Below are positions 1 to 9,490 of a stretch of DNA of 64,000 nucleotides, piece after piece. Below the pieces are notes generated by a model. The model saw only the letters and a list, made by a program, of their open reading frames with translations, was not told the DNA's origin and made no database searches. The stretch comes from a virus. Position 1 is the stretch's first letter, and each line of letters opens with the position of its first letter. A program made the position numbers and the translations under genes. The DNA is taken from IMG/VR virus record IMGVR_UViG_3300019760_000006, positions 28,761-92,760 of that record. One strand, written 5' to 3'.

Positions 1-78
1 GAGTCATCATACTTCAAAACACTTTTTATATATTCATAACTTGGTCTATTACTGGATGGTTCAATATATTTATTCATA

Positions 79-2439
79 TTATCCGCACCTACTGAACCCG
101 CAATTTTTACAAGAAGCACATCCTCCATCATTTACATAAGCTTTCTCGCCACACTCAGGACAAACCAACCCAATCTCATCGTTCTCATCTTCAATTTCTA
201 TCTGTTTTACATATCTTCGAAGAACTCTACTAAGTATGCCAGAGCAATCTACCATACTGTATGATGATTTGTCAAGCTGTTTTAAAACTTCATCAAGAGA
301 GATACCATACCTGAAACACATACTTATAACTCTACAGATGGCATCCCAATTACTTTGCCTTTCAAGTAGAAGAAAGCTATTAAACATACCATCTTTATCA
401 TTACCAGCTTCAAGTGGTAGCTTTGTAAACACTTCAATAGGTAAGTCATCTTCATCAAGAGATACATTCAAATAAGCCTTTGATTTTTTCCACATAACTT
501 CATGTCTTTCTGCATTTTCAATAGGTAGAAGTTCTTTTTTAATGAGAATACTCTCTGTAATTTCTTTTGGAACTGTGTTTTCATTATCTATTACGGCAGA
601 TAATACACCTTCTTTACAGCCATCTCTAAAAACTGTAATTCCCTTTAGTTTTTTCTTCCAAGCATCAATGTAAATAGAAACTATTTGATTCTTTGTACAA
701 TTATTTGGTAAATTAATTGTTGAGCTGATGCTTGAATCTGTAAATTTTTGAATTGCTGATTGAATCTTAATCCTATCCTTTGGTTTAACTTCGTCAGCTT
801 CAATATAACAAAGTTTGTTCTTCGCCTCTTTAAGAGAGATTCCATCAAAGCTATCTAAATCATTTAACATTTGTTTACAGGGAAGATAATGAATAAATTC
901 ATACTCTTTATTATCAATCCTGTTCTTTCTTCTATATGAAAACTTAAAAGATGGTTCAATACCGCTTGTACAATTATCAGAGATAATACTTAGTGTCCCT
1001 GTGGGACCAAAAGTATTGAATGATGTGTTTCTCATTCCAAAAGTGATAATATTTTCTGTAAGATCATCATCTAATTCAATCCAGCCAGACTTTTTAATTG
1101 CTTCGACAAACTTTACTCTATCAGACCTTTCACTTAATGCCTCACATGGGCCTTCATCGACAGCAATATCAACTGATGTCCTCATTGCTTGTGAAAGTAA
1201 AATACTCGTAACCGAGCTAATAAATTCCTCTGACTCTTTGTCTCCATAAACATAGCCAAGCATTGCAAAGGTATCACCAATACCAGTCTGTTCAATACCA
1301 ATACGTTTTCCAAAACTATCAGCTAACTGCTGTTCAGGAAGAGGATGTTTTGTTTCATTGATATCTGAAAACACATTCATAATTCTTGTAGCTGTCTCAA
1401 CATCATACTCAAAAGAATACCAATCAAATTCTGCCAACTCTGTGTAAGGATTTTTAACATATTTATGAAGAACAAAAGAACCCAAAAGGCAATTATTCCA
1501 ATAACTTAACATTTGTTCTCCGCATGGATTGCTGGAAATAGGTTTAAGTTTATCACTAATGTATGTTCCAAAAGTATGCTTCTGAGCTGTATCAATAAAC
1601 ATCACACCTGGATCGCCACATTTATGGCTTGCTTCTGCAATAAGATCAAGGATATCTCTTGCTTTCATTTGGGAATAGTATTTAAACTCCCCACCAGATT
1701 TAAACCACTTGTCATAGTCACCCCCCCACTCTTTCTCATACTTCTCTTTATCTTTTTCAATATCTGGGAAACAAAACACCCACTCTTCATCATTCTCAAT
1801 GGCAGTCATAAAACTATCGGTTAATTTTAGACTTACATTTATACTCGAAATATCAGGCAGACTGTTTGTAAATATATCTTTTTGAAAAACTTGCTCAGGC
1901 CAAGCCTTACATCTGATAAAATCAATAGCGTCTGGATGGCGAATATCAATAGTCGCAATCATTGCCGCCCTTCTACCATTGGTCCCAACAACCTTACCTA
2001 ATTCAGAAAAACTTGGCAGAAAGGAGACACTCCCACTACTTGTTATTGCTGCATTATCAACTTTTGTATTTTTTGGTCTTAGAATCGTAATATCAAAACC
2101 GCTACCACCTCTCATCTTAAAAGTGTTTGCGAGATTCTTCTGGCATTCAAATATTCCATCCATACTATCAGACTCAATTGGTGTGAGATAACAATTACTG
2201 AAAGATCCTCTCTCACCTTTATTACAACAACTAAGTATGCTTCCAGCAGGTAAAAACTTCCCGCTTCTAAGGAGTTCTTTTTGTTTTTTATTTGTTATCT
2301 CACAGTATTCAATAACTCCTTCAATAACATCTTTAACATCTTCGTGACCATACTTGTTAAGGCACACCATTTTGATAAATTGTTCATGTTCTTCAATACT
2401 CTGCTCAAGCAACCCTCTTGTTATTTTCACTTCACTCAT
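79..2439 (-). CDS. nrdJ: Class II (adenosylcobalamin-dependent) ribonucleotide reductase with C-terminal TSCPD/Zn-ribbon-like region
   Basis: Motifs PAGSIL, SNCY, RGGSG, RRAA, DPG, NPCGEQ, PTGTLS, TSGIEP, SISSTIN, KGITVFR; C-terminal CPECG...CASCKNCGFSRC; no small subunit nearby. Likely start ATG 2439 (MSEVK); the track extends to 2472. Confidence 0.92.
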   Translation of the reverse strand: MSEVKITRGLLEQSIEEHEQFIKMVCLNKYGHEDVKDVIEGVIEYCEITNKKQKELLRSGKFLPAGSILSCCNKGERGSFSNCYLTPIESDSMDGIFECQKNLANTFKMRGGSGFDITILRPKNTKVDNAAITSSGSVSFLPSFSELGKVVGTNGRRAAMIATIDIRHPDAIDFIRCKAWPEQVFQKDIFTNSLPDISSINVSLKLTDSFMTAIENDEEWVFCFPDIEKDKEKYEKEWGGDYDKWFKSGGEFKYYSQMKARDILDLIAEASHKCGDPGVMFIDTAQKHTFGTYISDKLKPISSNPCGEQMLSYWNNCLLGSFVLHKYVKNPYTELAEFDWYSFEYDVETATRIMNVFSDINETKHPLPEQQLADSFGKRIGIEQTGIGDTFAMLGYVYGDKESEEFISSVTSILLSQAMRTSVDIAVDEGPCEALSERSDRVKFVEAIKKSGWIELDDDLTENIITFGMRNTSFNTFGPTGTLSIISDNCTSGIEPSFKFSYRRKNRIDNKEYEFIHYLPCKQMLNDLDSFDGISLKEAKNKLCYIEADEVKPKDRIKIQSAIQKFTDSSISSTINLPNNCTKNQIVSIYIDAWKKKLKGITVFRDGCKEGVLSAVIDNENTVPKEITESILIKKELLPIENAERHEVMWKKSKAYLNVSLDEDDLPIEVFTKLPLEAGNDKDGMFNSFLLLERQSNWDAICRVISMCFRYGISLDEVLKQLDKSSYSMVDCSGILSRVLRRYVKQIEIEDENDEIGLVCPECGEKAYVNDGGCASCKNCGFSRCG

Positions 2440-2517
2440 GTACTTTAACCTTTTCTTATTTAATTTTATCATTCACTTGATCTTCTGTGAGCCTGACCAT
2501 TGTTTTTACACTGTTCA

Positions 2518-2748
2518 TTAATTATCTTCCTCTTCAACCTCACTCAAGTAAATCTCATGTTGTTTCTTATAGTATTCATAAAGTTCTTCAGATACACCCC
2601 AATCACTAAAATAGTCTCTTTCCAAAACTTTTACAAATTCTACAAACTTCTTATTTGATACAATTGAAGATATAACAATCATAATATCTTCAAGACTCAT
2701 ATTTACTGTTGAATTATTCGTTACATTATACTCTGTCGTTAGATCCAT
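2518..2748 (-). CDS. Hypothetical protein
   Basis: 76-aa ORF tightly packed in the minus-strand gene string. Confidence 0.6.
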   Translation of the reverse strand: MDLTTEYNVTNNSTVNMSLEDIMIVISSIVSNKKFVEFVKVLERDYFSDWGVSEELYEYYKKQHEIYLSEVEEEDN

Positions 2749-2750
2749 GA

Positions 2751-3182
2751 TTAATTTTCTCCTTTAACATCTTCAGGCATCAAAACATCAAGGTCATACA
2801 ATTCACCCTCTACTCTATACCTATCCCATTTCATATCTAATGATACTTGTAGAAATGCAAGCTCTTCAAGAATTGAAGAAGTATCTTCATTCTCATATTC
2901 ATGAAGTCTTCCTGATTTATTAACTCTCTCTTCTTCCTTCTCATACAGAGCTGTAATATCAGCATCAAAATCAAGAAGTAATTCTTTTGGAATTAGATAT
3001 GTTGTACTCTCATATTCCCTTAAGTTACCAAACTGTTCTCCTTCTTTTTCTTTCCCTTCTTGGGAAGTTATTGAAAGCCGTTCTTCATGCATATTACACT
3101 GTCCATACCCAGGGCATTCAAAATTAAAATAATTACTTCTTTCAAGTGAACACCACCCGCAATCATTATACTTACAAGCCAC
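2751..3182 (-). CDS. Hypothetical protein, Cys-rich N-terminus
   Basis: GTG start behind AGGAGGTG; 143 aa. Confidence 0.7.
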   Translation of the reverse strand: MACKYNDCGWCSLERSNYFNFECPGYGQCNMHEERLSITSQEGKEKEGEQFGNLREYESTTYLIPKELLLDFDADITALYEKEEERVNKSGRLHEYENEDTSSILEELAFLQVSLDMKWDRYRVEGELYDLDVLMPEDVKGEN

Positions 3183-3203
3183 CTTACACCTCCTATACTG
3201 TTG

Positions 3204-3249
3204 AAAAATATAGCATCTTCTATTTATTAAGTATTAAATGGAAGATGCC
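3204..3249 (-). terminator. Intrinsic terminator
   Basis: GCATCTTCCATTTA/TAAATAGAAGATGC stem followed by TATATTTTT on the minus strand. Confidence 0.6.
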
Positions 3250-3283
3250 ATTAGTTAATTTAATAATAATTTTAATTTATTTA

Positions 3284-3859
3284 TTAATCTACTGAAATAG
3301 AAACCGTAGCAGACCCGGCTTTAATAACCCTGTTGTTTTTATAGTCTACTTTAACAGGATAAGGATAGACTGTAACTTTACCCTCTACATAGATAGGCAT
3401 AAGCTGATTTGTATCTTTATCTACTGATAAAACCCAAGTAGCTGTTGTATTCTTTGAAGCAAAAATACCATTAGGTTCTTGCTGTTCAACAACTCCTTCA
3501 AGAAGTGTATGACCCCCATACACTTTAACTCGTTTCTTAGCAAGTTGTAAAGGATTGGTGAGACTTGTATCATAAGGGATTCCAAAACCAATAGAAGGTG
3601 TATCACCTTCAATCATCCCGTAATCACTCCTCCATACAGTATGTGTAGATACCTTCTCATTTCTGAGATCGTATAGTTTTATGATCAAGTCTCTTTCTAA
3701 TGAAAAATCATATGCAGGAATTGGTTGACCTTTAGCATATTGTGAGAGTTGCCTATCCACTGCCTGGGATTCTTTTTCTGTTGATGTTTTTTCATAAGTG
3801 CAAGAACAAAGCCCTGTTACCATAGCCAACACTGATGTAATATAAATAATCTTTTTCAT
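3284..3859 (-). CDS. Putative lipoprotein
   Basis: MKKII + hydrophobic signal + lipobox-like LCSC; SD AGGAGG. Confidence 0.7.
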   Translation of the reverse strand: MKKIIYITSVLAMVTGLCSCTYEKTSTEKESQAVDRQLSQYAKGQPIPAYDFSLERDLIIKLYDLRNEKVSTHTVWRSDYGMIEGDTPSIGFGIPYDTSLTNPLQLAKKRVKVYGGHTLLEGVVEQQEPNGIFASKNTTATWVLSVDKDTNQLMPIYVEGKVTVYPYPVKVDYKNNRVIKAGSATVSISVD

Positions 3860-3878
3860 CTCTTTTCACTCCCTCCTT

Positions 3879-4184
3879 TTAGTTTTTACTCATTTTTAAA
3901 ATGTTAATTGCATCAATCTGAGCTTTAATCTCAGCTTTTGTTCCAGCACTAACATCTGGATTTCTAAGTTTTCCTTTTAGTTGAGAAATCTGCGCATCGT
4001 AAGTTGTAACAGCGTCTCTATCTGCTTCATGTTTCTGATATGAATTTTCAAAAACTACCCTTTCAACAACAGTTTTACCAAAAATACCTGCATAGTTTAG
4101 AATGGTAAACACAATCATTGAACCAATCAAAAGAGTTACAATCCACACCCACCAACCGCCAAAACACTTCTTTTCTTTTTCCAT
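3879..4184 (-). CDS. Single-pass membrane protein with coiled-coil C-terminus
   Basis: WWVWIVTLLIGSMIVFTILNYAGIF hydrophobic segment. Confidence 0.7.
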   Translation of the reverse strand: MEKEKKCFGGWWVWIVTLLIGSMIVFTILNYAGIFGKTVVERVVFENSYQKHEADRDAVTTYDAQISQLKGKLRNPDVSAGTKAEIKAQIDAINILKMSKN

Positions 4185-4249
4185 TATTTATCCCCTCTTT
4201 ATATTTGAGTCCCGCCAAAAAGAGGCAGGACTCGTTTTTAATTGTCTAT

Positions 4250-4507
4250 TTAAAAATCATTATTAATAACTCTCTCAATTCCTTTAATAATATTCTCAGC
4301 TTTCTTAGACTTTTCTTCTTTCACAATCTTTTCTTTTTCAAGTCTAATAATCTCTTCAGTGTGTTTCTTCCTTTCTCTTTCCATATTCTCTTTAATTCTT
4401 TTCAAATCATTTGTAGCTTTTGTAAAACCTTTCACAGCTTTATCAATATCATCTTTGTTGTCCCAAAGAACAGAAATATAAGACCAAAATTGTTTTAAAG
4501 CATTCAT
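4250..4507 (-). CDS. Hypothetical coiled-coil protein
   Basis: 85-aa E/K-rich ORF in the gene string. Confidence 0.65.
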   Translation of the reverse strand: MNALKQFWSYISVLWDNKDDIDKAVKGFTKATNDLKRIKENMERERKKHTEEIIRLEKEKIVKEEKSKKAENIIKGIERVINNDF

Positions 4508-4508
4508 T

Positions 4509-4901
4509 TTAGTTATCTCCTTTTAGAGAGTCTTTATAAGTTTTAATTGTTGATCCAACTGTATCTGAAACAAAAAGTGACTTCTTAGTTTTCATCATTA
4601 ACTCAATCAATTCTATAGCTTCATGAGGAGCAAAGTTATGTTCATCTTCACTATTAGTAGTGAGAAGTTCCCTATACATCAATTTCAAACCCCTTGCCCT
4701 CTTTTTGGTATGCCACTTAATAAATCCATCAAGCAACTGATCTACTTCTTTAGCTGGCAACGCTGTGTAAGATTTAATCATCTCTTTACCAAGAGTAATC
4801 AATGCTTCATTATTTAGCAATTCAAGCCAAGGTTGCATTTCACGAAATACCTCTTTAGCCATCTCCATCATCTCATTTACATCATCTTTTACAAATTCCA
4901 T
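4509..4901 (-). CDS. Hypothetical protein
   Basis: 130-aa ORF with AGGAG SD. Confidence 0.7.
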   Translation of the reverse strand: MEFVKDDVNEMMEMAKEVFREMQPWLELLNNEALITLGKEMIKSYTALPAKEVDQLLDGFIKWHTKKRARGLKLMYRELLTTNSEDEHNFAPHEAIELIELMMKTKKSLFVSDTVGSTIKTYKDSLKGDN

Positions 4902-5044
4902 TATTTTCTAATCTCCTTTCCGCAAACTGTACATCTATACAGATTCTCTGATTTATTAACTTTGTTACAAAGTCTAATCTGTTTACCATACTTTTGGTCT
5001 TGCCACTCATGTTCACAGCTACACTTCAGTTTTTCTGTTGTCAT
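4901..5044 (-). CDS. Small putative Zn-binding protein (47 aa, not in ORF track)
   Basis: Manual translation MTTEKLKCSCEHEWQDQKYGKQIRLCNKVNKSENLYRCTVCGKEIRK; SD AAGGAG; abuts the next gene. Confidence 0.65.
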   Translation of the reverse strand: MTTEKLKCSCEHEWQDQKYGKQIRLCNKVNKSENLYRCTVCGKEIRK

Positions 5045-5081
5045 TTTTAATCTCCTTACTTTTAATTAATTGTTATTATGA

Positions 5082-5155
5082 TGGTGCTCCTGGAGAGAAT
5101 TGAACTCTCATTAATCGCTTATAAGGCAACCGTTCTTCCTTTGAACTACAGGAGC
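5082..5155 (-). tRNA. tRNA-Ile, anticodon UAU (reads AUA)
   Basis: GCTCCTG/CAGGAGC acceptor stem, discriminator A and encoded CCA; anticodon loop CT-TAT-AA; T arm GAGAG-TTCAATT-CTCTC. Confidence 0.9.
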
Positions 5156-5176
5156 TTTAATTTGTTTATGAAAAAT

Positions 5177-5205
5177 ATAATACACCAAGAGTTATTGTCT
5201 GTCAA
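5177..5205 (-). promoter_or_regulatory. Sigma70-type promoter for the tRNA and downstream genes
   Basis: TTGACA-17 nt-TATTAT about 20 nt upstream of the tRNA. Confidence 0.8.
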
Positions 5206-5215
5206 GCACTTTATT

Positions 5216-5407
5216 TCAGTAAATACTATAATAATGATCTTTATCTTCTAATCTACAATCTGGATGAATATAATATTCACCATCATCTAAACCTGTTAAC
5301 GCAACCTCAAGATCTGTGCAAAAATAATATTCATCCCACTTCTGCTGCATAACAGCACAGGGACAATCTTCGCAACTTTTAATCTCTTTATAGAATATTT
5401 TTGTCAT
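5216..5407 (-). CDS. Small Cys-rich hypothetical protein
   Basis: CEDCPC...C...HPDCRL pattern; probable start ATG 5407. Confidence 0.6.
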   Translation of the reverse strand: MTKIFYKEIKSCEDCPCAVMQQKWDEYYFCTDLEVALTGLDDGEYYIHPDCRLEDKDHYYSIY

Positions 5408-5727
5408 TATTTTAAATCTCCAATTAACCAAGTCAATATCCAACCAAATTTAGAATCCTCATCAACATGAGAGTCACCAAACAACACATACCTGAAAGGC
5501 ATTATTATTACAAATAGTGGGTAAACCCATAAAGTATTAATTCTATTCATAAATGTTGTTTTAGGTGCCTCGTAATACCTATCTTTCACAAGGTATTCAG
5601 AATAATACCCCTCCTCATATGTACCAAACAAAATATCAAGAACATCACCCGGTGTTTGGCAGTCATTTTCTTTTATGACATTTTCTAATTCATACCTATA
5701 TAAATTTCTTTTGCTTATTTTAATCAT
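5407..5727 (-). CDS. Hypothetical membrane-associated protein
   Basis: 106 aa with hydrophobic LWVYPLFVIIMPF. Confidence 0.6.
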   Translation of the reverse strand: MIKISKRNLYRYELENVIKENDCQTPGDVLDILFGTYEEGYYSEYLVKDRYYEAPKTTFMNRINTLWVYPLFVIIMPFRYVLFGDSHVDEDSKFGWILTWLIGDLK

Positions 5728-6287
5728 TTTATACTCTTTACAATTTCTTTTATATACATTAAAGGATAATAATCATGTTTTGTGATAATTTTTGCAAATT
5801 TACCACACGTATTCTTACCTTCTTTACAAATCCCATTCCTGTACACACAGTCAGGAACCATGAATAAGGCAAGATTGGGAGATATTTTCTTAATTTCATT
5901 TTTAATTAAAGACATCACTTTAACAGTTTCTTTGTGGCTTTTAAGACATAATCTTTTCCTTGAGAGACTAATGAGTGCTTCAGCATTAATCTTAATTGTA
6001 TGTGTTACAGGGGTTAGTCTGTTAACCCCTTCATTAGATTTTTTATTATTTCTATCATCTCTATTAGAAAATACAAAATGTTCACACCCTATCTTATGCC
6101 TAACAAAATGTGTACTGACAAAAGAAGGAATACCTTCCATTCTAATCAAGTACTCTTGTGTTCTTATAGGTGAATGTTCTAACATATAAGCAATCTTTTC
6201 AGTTATGTGTGTATTGAAATTAACTGTTGAATCGAAAGCCTCTTTCATCAATGCTAAATCTGTAATCTTTTTAACTGTTATTTTCAT
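5724..6287 (-). CDS. thyX: Flavin-dependent thymidylate synthase ThyX-like
   Basis: EHSPIR, THFVRHK...SNR, N...RKRLC, VPDCVYRNGICKE. Confidence 0.8.
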   Translation of the reverse strand: MKITVKKITDLALMKEAFDSTVNFNTHITEKIAYMLEHSPIRTQEYLIRMEGIPSFVSTHFVRHKIGCEHFVFSNRDDRNNKKSNEGVNRLTPVTHTIKINAEALISLSRKRLCLKSHKETVKVMSLIKNEIKKISPNLALFMVPDCVYRNGICKEGKNTCGKFAKIITKHDYYPLMYIKEIVKSIK

Positions 6288-6299
6288 TAATCAATACCT

Positions 6300-6482
6300 T
6301 TACTGATTAGTCCAATACATTGCATCAGCTTTACCTACAAAAACATGCCATGATTGTTTTAATTTATTAGTAAAACTTCTATATTTATAATTAATAGGCC
6401 TTGCAAAACACCAACCAACACCTCTAATATAAACTGTATCTGCTGATTTTGTATTGAACATCTGATCAACATTGTATTTCAT
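6300..6482 (-). CDS. Hypothetical protein
   Basis: 60 aa, W.FARP...W.VF.GKADA..W pattern; AGGAG SD. Confidence 0.6.
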   Translation of the reverse strand: MKYNVDQMFNTKSADTVYIRGVGWCFARPINYKYRSFTNKLKQSWHVFVGKADAMYWTNQ

Positions 6483-6671
6483 ATAATAATCTCCTATTCT
6501 GTTAAAAGTTCATACTGTTTCATAGAATGAACTTGTATTTTTGTATCTCTATCTTCAGGTGTATTCACAATAATGTTTCTTAACTTGATCATATAGTCAG
6601 TATTCACATCTTCTTCATGCACATATCTCAGTCTATCATGAATAAACATTAGAAAGGTTTTATCTTTCATA

Positions 6672-6968
6672 CTAAAACCTCAATTTACTAATCTTTTCAA
6701 TTTCATTATTAATCTCCCTTCGAAGATAATTTTCAAGAGGTTCGTACTCATCTCTCTCTTCATCATATTCTCTCATATCATCTTCTCTAAACCAGATTGG
6801 AATGCCAAGAAATCTAACACAAATATCATTACCATCAGTTGTGAACTCTATAAAATAGTACTCTTCGGGACACTGATCTTCCAATTCTGATTGAAGCTTG
6901 TCAACAATATTAATAATACCTAATACTTCTCTCTCATAATTTGAAACCCCTGGACAATCACTTTTCAT
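6672..6968 (-). CDS. Hypothetical protein
   Basis: 98-aa acidic ORF with SD. Confidence 0.65.
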   Translation of the reverse strand: MKSDCPGVSNYEREVLGIINIVDKLQSELEDQCPEEYYFIEFTTDGNDICVRFLGIPIWFREDDMREYDEERDEYEPLENYLRREINNEIEKISKLRF

Positions 6969-7029
6969 AGTACAATCTCCTTGTTTTTAAAAGATTCATC
7001 TGATAACATTTAAACTTTATATCTTTTAT

Positions 7030-7599
7030 TTATATACACTTTTCTACGAAAACCTTACATGCATCCATAGGATTTTTAATAGGAAATAAAACTTCCTTAA
7101 CACTATTAATATCTATTTTGTCAACATTATTATTCCAATGCCAGTTATGTGTGTTAGCTTTCTTTATAATATCCATCCATTTATCATCTGTATTTAAACA
7201 TTTAAATAAAGATCTGATAGTATCACACCATAACTTATGATCCATAACTATTTCTATTATGTGTTCATGTTCTCCAATAAACCACTCTATTTTAATTTCA
7301 TTTTCTGTATGAAAATAAATATCAAAAATATCACCGTATGCAGGTTTTAGTGATTTTGACCTTAATCTTAAATTATTGGTATCTAAAGACTCTATAACTG
7401 GTTTTATGTTCCTATCTACAAACATATCCATTAAAGTAAAGCGTAACTCTACATTAAATTTAAAATTAGGTGCATAGAATTTTGGAGTGTATTTAGCACG
7501 AAAAACTATAGCATCTTTTAAAAAATCATCTTTATTTTTGTCAATATAAACTGCACTACTCCCAACTTTCCTAACATCACCGCCAGATATTTTTCTCAC
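7030..7599 (-). CDS. Hypothetical protein
   Basis: 189 aa, GTG start behind AAGGAGGT. Confidence 0.7.
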   Translation of the reverse strand: MRKISGGDVRKVGSSAVYIDKNKDDFLKDAIVFRAKYTPKFYAPNFKFNVELRFTLMDMFVDRNIKPVIESLDTNNLRLRSKSLKPAYGDIFDIYFHTENEIKIEWFIGEHEHIIEIVMDHKLWCDTIRSLFKCLNTDDKWMDIIKKANTHNWHWNNNVDKIDINSVKEVLFPIKNPMDACKVFVEKCI

Positions 7600-7612
7600 T
7601 TATACCTCCTTT

Positions 7613-8686
7613 TCATATTTCCCTCATTAATTCTATAATTGGAAGTTTTCCATCATTCAATACAACTCCACAACCAAGTGTAGGTTTAGGCATATCTTTA
7701 GCATAATCAAAAGCATAGGCTTTATGATTAATCCCAACAGGTACTTGCATACTAAATATTGTCTTATTTCTCCCTGTCAAGTAGTTAATATAACAATCAT
7801 GATGCCAATGTCCCGCTACTACACTCATCATCTCTTTTCCTGCCTTTGTATGTGCCTTCATTCCAGTGCCATGTGTATACAAGACATCATCATAAACAAA
7901 GTTATATTGAAAATTCCAGTTTGGTATTTCAAGAACTTCATTTATTGATCTAACCCATTCTTTAGATACACCGGAATCAAAAGCGCGCCTTAGTAAAAGG
8001 CGGTCATGATTTCCCCAACATACATCCGCTTTTTGGAAAATTGAGTACCAATTTTTAATTTTTTTCTTAACATAATAAAGTTCATCTTTAGCTGACATAC
8101 CATCAGGGTCAGACTTATAGAAAGAAGAGTAGTGATTGTCAATAATATCACCTATGAAAATAACATGGTTGCAGTCATACTTCTTATAGATTGCTTTACA
8201 AAAACTTGGATATTCATCTAAACACCAAGGTTCGTGAAGGTCACCAATAACCAAAATATTTCTTGCTTCTTTCTTTACAGGTGACCAAACTCTCTCTCCA
8301 AAAGTACATTGATATTTTTGTTCTAATGGTTTCCAAGTAACCTTAGTTTCTTTAGGATCAGGTTCTATACAAGAATACTCTTTATAACCACCAAATTTAT
8401 ATTTATTAATAGAATTAACCAAGCAATCAAATAATTCTTGTGGATCACTTTCTCCAATCAACCTTTTGCTTTCGTTCAACTCAGTAATATTATCAACTCT
8501 TTCAAACTCTTTATAAGTCTTTCCTGAAATGAAATCAAATACTGTACTTTTTGGTACACCAGTAATCTCTTCAATACTACGAAGAGATTCATTTTCGAAT
8601 TTATACAATTTCCAAATCTGTGTTAGCACTTCATCAGATAGCTGTTTTTTCTTTCTGATCTGCCCATCACTTAATTTTTTACTCAA
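7613..8686 (-). CDS. HTH-fused calcineurin-like metallophosphoesterase
   Basis: N-terminal HTH (SLRSIEEITGVPKSTVFDF); GDLH, GD, GNHD, HG, GHWH motifs. Confidence 0.85.
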   Translation of the reverse strand: MSKKLSDGQIRKKKQLSDEVLTQIWKLYKFENESLRSIEEITGVPKSTVFDFISGKTYKEFERVDNITELNESKRLIGESDPQELFDCLVNSINKYKFGGYKEYSCIEPDPKETKVTWKPLEQKYQCTFGERVWSPVKKEARNILVIGDLHEPWCLDEYPSFCKAIYKKYDCNHVIFIGDIIDNHYSSFYKSDPDGMSAKDELYYVKKKIKNWYSIFQKADVCWGNHDRLLLRRAFDSGVSKEWVRSINEVLEIPNWNFQYNFVYDDVLYTHGTGMKAHTKAGKEMMSVVAGHWHHDCYINYLTGRNKTIFSMQVPVGINHKAYAFDYAKDMPKPTLGCGVVLNDGKLPIIELMREI

Positions 8687-8942
8687 TAATCATCTCCTCA
8701 ACCTGTTCTCTTAGATCTGACATCATAACCTTACCTTCGCTTGTATTTGAAAATAATTGTTCATCTATTACCATATCTGTAGAAATATTGTTACCACAAT
8801 GCCAACATAAACCTTTTATTGGCTTGCAGTCCTCTAAAAAATCATCACATACGTCTTCAATATCTCTATGTTCTGTTTCAACTTCACATTCAAACAATGC
8901 ACTCGCATAAATAGGTAGCCAAATTTTAATTTTCTTTTTCAT
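8679..8942 (-). CDS. Hypothetical protein
   Basis: 87 aa, overlaps the neighbouring gene. Confidence 0.6.
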   Translation of the reverse strand: MKKKIKIWLPIYASALFECEVETEHRDIEDVCDDFLEDCKPIKGLCWHCGNNISTDMVIDEQLFSNTSEGKVMMSDLREQVEEMIIE

Positions 8943-8952
8943 TATTTAACCA

Positions 8953-9177
8953 TCAGTCGTTAGACTGAACCTCTCTAAACTTAAATACAGCAGATTTAAT
9001 AGAATCTTCTGCAAGAACAAGATACTCACCATTTTCAAGTTCTTGGTAAAAGCTAACTACATCTCCTATGAGAATATCTCTTGAGTAATACTTTGCACAT
9101 TCTTCAACAGAATCAAAATTTATTTCACATGTTGTATACTTTTCACCAAATATAGTAATATCAGCTATAATTTTCAT
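8953..9177 (-). CDS. Hypothetical protein
   Basis: 74 aa with SD. Confidence 0.6.
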   Translation of the reverse strand: MKIIADITIFGEKYTTCEINFDSVEECAKYYSRDILIGDVVSFYQELENGEYLVLAEDSIKSAVFKFREVQSND

Positions 9178-9198
9178 TATTTATTTTCTCTCCATTAC

Positions 9199-9396
9199 TC
9201 ACTTAATCTTTTCAAAACATTTAGGTTCATCTGAATAAATACATATTGGTGTAGAACTTTCTGAGATGCCTTCAGAATCATTCCACCACAATTCAGCATC
9301 ATGCTCAACTTCTGGTGTTAATGCCCTGTCACATTCATCACCAAACTTACATTCTTTATAAAATGTACAAAATGTTTTATCTTTATAACAAATCAT
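9199..9396 (-). CDS. Small Cys-rich hypothetical protein
   Basis: MICYKDKTFC...C...C...CF; probable start ATG 9396. Confidence 0.6.
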   Translation of the reverse strand: MICYKDKTFCTFYKECKFGDECDRALTPEVEHDAELWWNDSEGISESSTPICIYSDEPKCFEKIK

Positions 9397-9490
9397 ATAT
9401 AGGGTCCTTTTCAATTTTAAGTTTTTATTCAATAAACAATTTATACGTTGATTATATTTATATAATACAAAACACCATTTGTCAAGCTAT

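Noticed and set aside
79-2439. Inteins in RNR, TerL, helicase or polymerase
   Set aside because: Protein lengths are ordinary and I saw no intein splice-junction or LAGLIDADG blocks.
5082-5155. tRNA(UAU) as a dedicated initiator for ATA starts
   Set aside because: It has a paired G1-C72 and lacks the three G-C anticodon-stem pairs of initiator tRNAs; the starts also include ATT and ATC.
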